A stretch of DNA of 64,000 nt from assembly GCA_963810095.1 (NCBI GenBank), contig CAWEMM010000010.1, positions 224,001 through 288,000 of the forward strand, in the 5' to 3' direction. Shown one piece after another: positions 61,952 to 64,000 of this stretch. Under the pieces are notes generated by a model. That model did not search any database and was not told where the DNA came from. It worked only from the letters and a program-made list of their open reading frames with translations. Numbering within the stretch: the first letter of the stretch is position 1; the number at the start of each line of letters is the position of its first letter. Made by a program: the position numbers and the translations under genes. This DNA comes from an uncultured Chloroflexia bacterium. Its GTDB lineage: Bacteria; Chloroflexota; Anaerolineae; CG2-30-64-16.

Positions 61952-62392
61952 ATGGGATGGGTCGAGGCACTGAAGAAGGCGCTCCGGCGCACGGGATCGA
62001 GCGCCAGCGTGCAGCACGACGAGCAAGGACGTGCGAGCGAGGAGGGGGAAGAGTTGATCGTGCCGGAGGTGTCATCGACGGATCTGTTGGCCGAGCTGCG
62101 GAACGGCGGCGCGGATCGGATTCTGCTTCTCGACGTTCGGGAGAACTACGAGCGCGCACAGGCGCTCATCCCGAACTCGCTCCACATACCCATGAACAGC
62201 CTGCCGTACCGGCTGAGCGAGCTGGATCCGGCGCGGGAGATCGTCGTCTACTGCGCCCACGGCAACCGCTCGTACGGCGTCACGGGTTGGTTGATTCAAC
62301 AAGACTACAAGGCGCGCAGCTTGAAGGGCGGCATTGTCGATTGGCAGCGCCAGCACGGCGCGGTCGAGCGAGGCTACCCGGCGCGTTCCTGA
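61952..62392 (+). CDS. Rhodanese domain protein
   Basis: LLDVRE, HIP, VYCAHGNRS, LKGG..W. Confidence 0.9.
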   Translation: MGWVEALKKALRRTGSSASVQHDEQGRASEEGEELIVPEVSSTDLLAELRNGGADRILLLDVRENYERAQALIPNSLHIPMNSLPYRLSELDPAREIVVYCAHGNRSYGVTGWLIQQDYKARSLKGGIVDWQRQHGAVERGYPARS

Positions 62393-63879
62393 CGGTTGCC
62401 GGCCCAGCGAGCGCCCAGGACGATGACGAGAATCCCCAGCACGGCGCCGAGCACACTGGCTGCTGCGTAGCCCGGGAGCGTCCCGGTGGCCCACAGAGCA
62501 TACGGGAGGAAGAACGCGACGCCCGCACCTACCGCCACCGCGGAGGGGCGGCCGAGCGCGGCCCTGACATTCCCGTTTGCCCGCTGCAGCGCACCTACCA
62601 GCGCGACGACTGTCATCACCACCAGGATCAGGCCCAGCACCAGCAGGGCGCCATACGTGATCAGTGAGCCGTAACCATACGTCATGGCGGGCGGCGCGAG
62701 CAGCACGACGGCGGCCCAGATGAACCAGGCCACGACCAGCGCCAGGATCCACAGCACTTTGCCGCGCACGAAGAGCCGGGTGGCAAGGGTGTCAAAGCCC
62801 AGAAGCGCGAGCGCGACGGCCAGCAGCATCTCGCCGACGAGCAGCCCAAGGAAATCCGAGGGTGCGTTTACGTCGATGGGACGGTAGGGGCCGACGGCAG
62901 CCTCGCGCCAGGCTCCGGTCGCACCTTCATGGACCAGCACTCCCGCTTGCCCCATCGCAAACACAGCATTGCCGGTGCCCCGGTCCACCTTCCCATCGAG
63001 GGGAACGGGCCGCAGCATCGCATAAGACGACAGCCGCCGGCGGGTGGCCGCGGCGCTGGCCTCACTCACGGTTGGAATCTGATACACGGTGCGCCACGAC
63101 GTGCCGCCGTCGACCGACAACTCGATGGTGCGCCCCGGCGTGATGCGGTACTGGCGCTGCTCGTTGCCGGGATCGATGGTTGTCTGCGCGGCCCCACTCG
63201 TGTCGGACCACGGGTTGGGACATGCGCCCCGCGGTTGGTTTGGCAGGCTCTGCCAGGTCGAGCCGCCATCGGTGCTGCGATAGGTCGAGTACCCCGAGTA
63301 GGCTTCCAGTTCGCCCGCCCGCGCGTCGAGGCAGTAGATGCCCGGGTCGGGCGCAGGCGAATTGCCGACGGTGAGCAGCATGGCGGCTGCGAGGGCAACC
63401 CAGCCCGCTCCACCGGGCGCCGTCTTGCGCGCCGTTGCGGGTGGCTCGGGTGTGCCGATCCACAGCAGGGCACTGGCCGCCAGCGCCGTGAGTGCGACGA
63501 GGTCGCTCGGGTCCCGGCGCCAGCCGACCTGGAACCCCAACAACCGGGTGGCGGCCGCGACGATCGCAGCGTGCGCCGCGGGCACGGTCTTGGCTAGGCT
63601 GAAGGTCACGCCAACCGCTGCGAACGCCAGCACCGGAATCAACCAGGCATGCTTCCGAACCGGCGGCGGCGCGAGCACCGCCATGAGCGCGGCGACGGCG
63701 AAGGGCGCAAAGAAAAGCCAGGCAAAATCCCCAAGCTTCCCGGTCAAAATCGAAGGCTGCACTACGCGCAGGAGATGATCGTTAGCGAGCAGCAGGGCCA
63801 ACGCGGCGATCGTCAGGGGGTGCACGAGCAGCCGGAGCGTCTTGCTCAGCATTGCGTTGTCGATAAGCGGGCTCTTCAT
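62374..63879 (-). CDS. Multi-TM protein with extracytoplasmic BNR/Asp-box domain
   Basis: NDH.L, TGKLGD, DPSDL; STDGGSTW and SVDGGTSW. Confidence 0.75.
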   Translation of the reverse strand: MKSPLIDNAMLSKTLRLLVHPLTIAALALLLANDHLLRVVQPSILTGKLGDFAWLFFAPFAVAALMAVLAPPPVRKHAWLIPVLAFAAVGVTFSLAKTVPAAHAAIVAAATRLLGFQVGWRRDPSDLVALTALAASALLWIGTPEPPATARKTAPGGAGWVALAAAMLLTVGNSPAPDPGIYCLDARAGELEAYSGYSTYRSTDGGSTWQSLPNQPRGACPNPWSDTSGAAQTTIDPGNEQRQYRITPGRTIELSVDGGTSWRTVYQIPTVSEASAAATRRRLSSYAMLRPVPLDGKVDRGTGNAVFAMGQAGVLVHEGATGAWREAAVGPYRPIDVNAPSDFLGLLVGEMLLAVALALLGFDTLATRLFVRGKVLWILALVVAWFIWAAVVLLAPPAMTYGYGSLITYGALLVLGLILVVMTVVALVGALQRANGNVRAALGRPSAVAVGAGVAFFLPYALWATGTLPGYAAASVLGAVLGILVIVLGARWAGNRQERAG

Positions 63880-64000
63880 ATCGCGGATTATAGCACAGCC
63901 CGAAGGCCGAACGAGCAGTTCGGGTGGGGCCGGATGTATAATAGAGGCCGTTCGAGCGTCAACGCACTGGCATGGAGGCTCTCGTGACCGGACCGGCAAC

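Overview
A GC-rich, mostly chromosomal bacterial segment. Gene content and style suggest Chloroflexota, probably Anaerolineae/Caldilineae-like (inference). It carries a Crp/Fnr-ferredoxin-nrfHA (nitrite ammonification) block interrupted by a BaeSR-like two-component locus, GT2-malQ-tupA, a DUF3618 stress-type operon, an NYN-HEAT gene, and a Fur/PerR gene with a P1B-4 ATPase. Next come mreB, the complete F1Fo operon preceded by a NusG paralog, an ABC-F gene with a leader peptide, terC under a yybP-ykoY riboswitch, SRPBCC genes, and a small island bounded by a duplicated yjbQ 3' half. The rest includes yvcK-GAF-gap-pgk-tpi, trpB2 under a Trp T-box, and an ECF sigma/anti-sigma pair with a likely LPXTG target. 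Many single-base frameshifts, including in atpA and atpH, look like long-read consensus errors. I saw no tRNA, rRNA, CRISPR array, integrase or transposase. The most notable observations are the yjbQ-bounded island with a mappable crossover core, NrfA with CxxCH at heme 1, several regulator binding sites readable from spacing, and multiple REP-like palindrome families. Family calls come from motif recognition only; no database searches were run.
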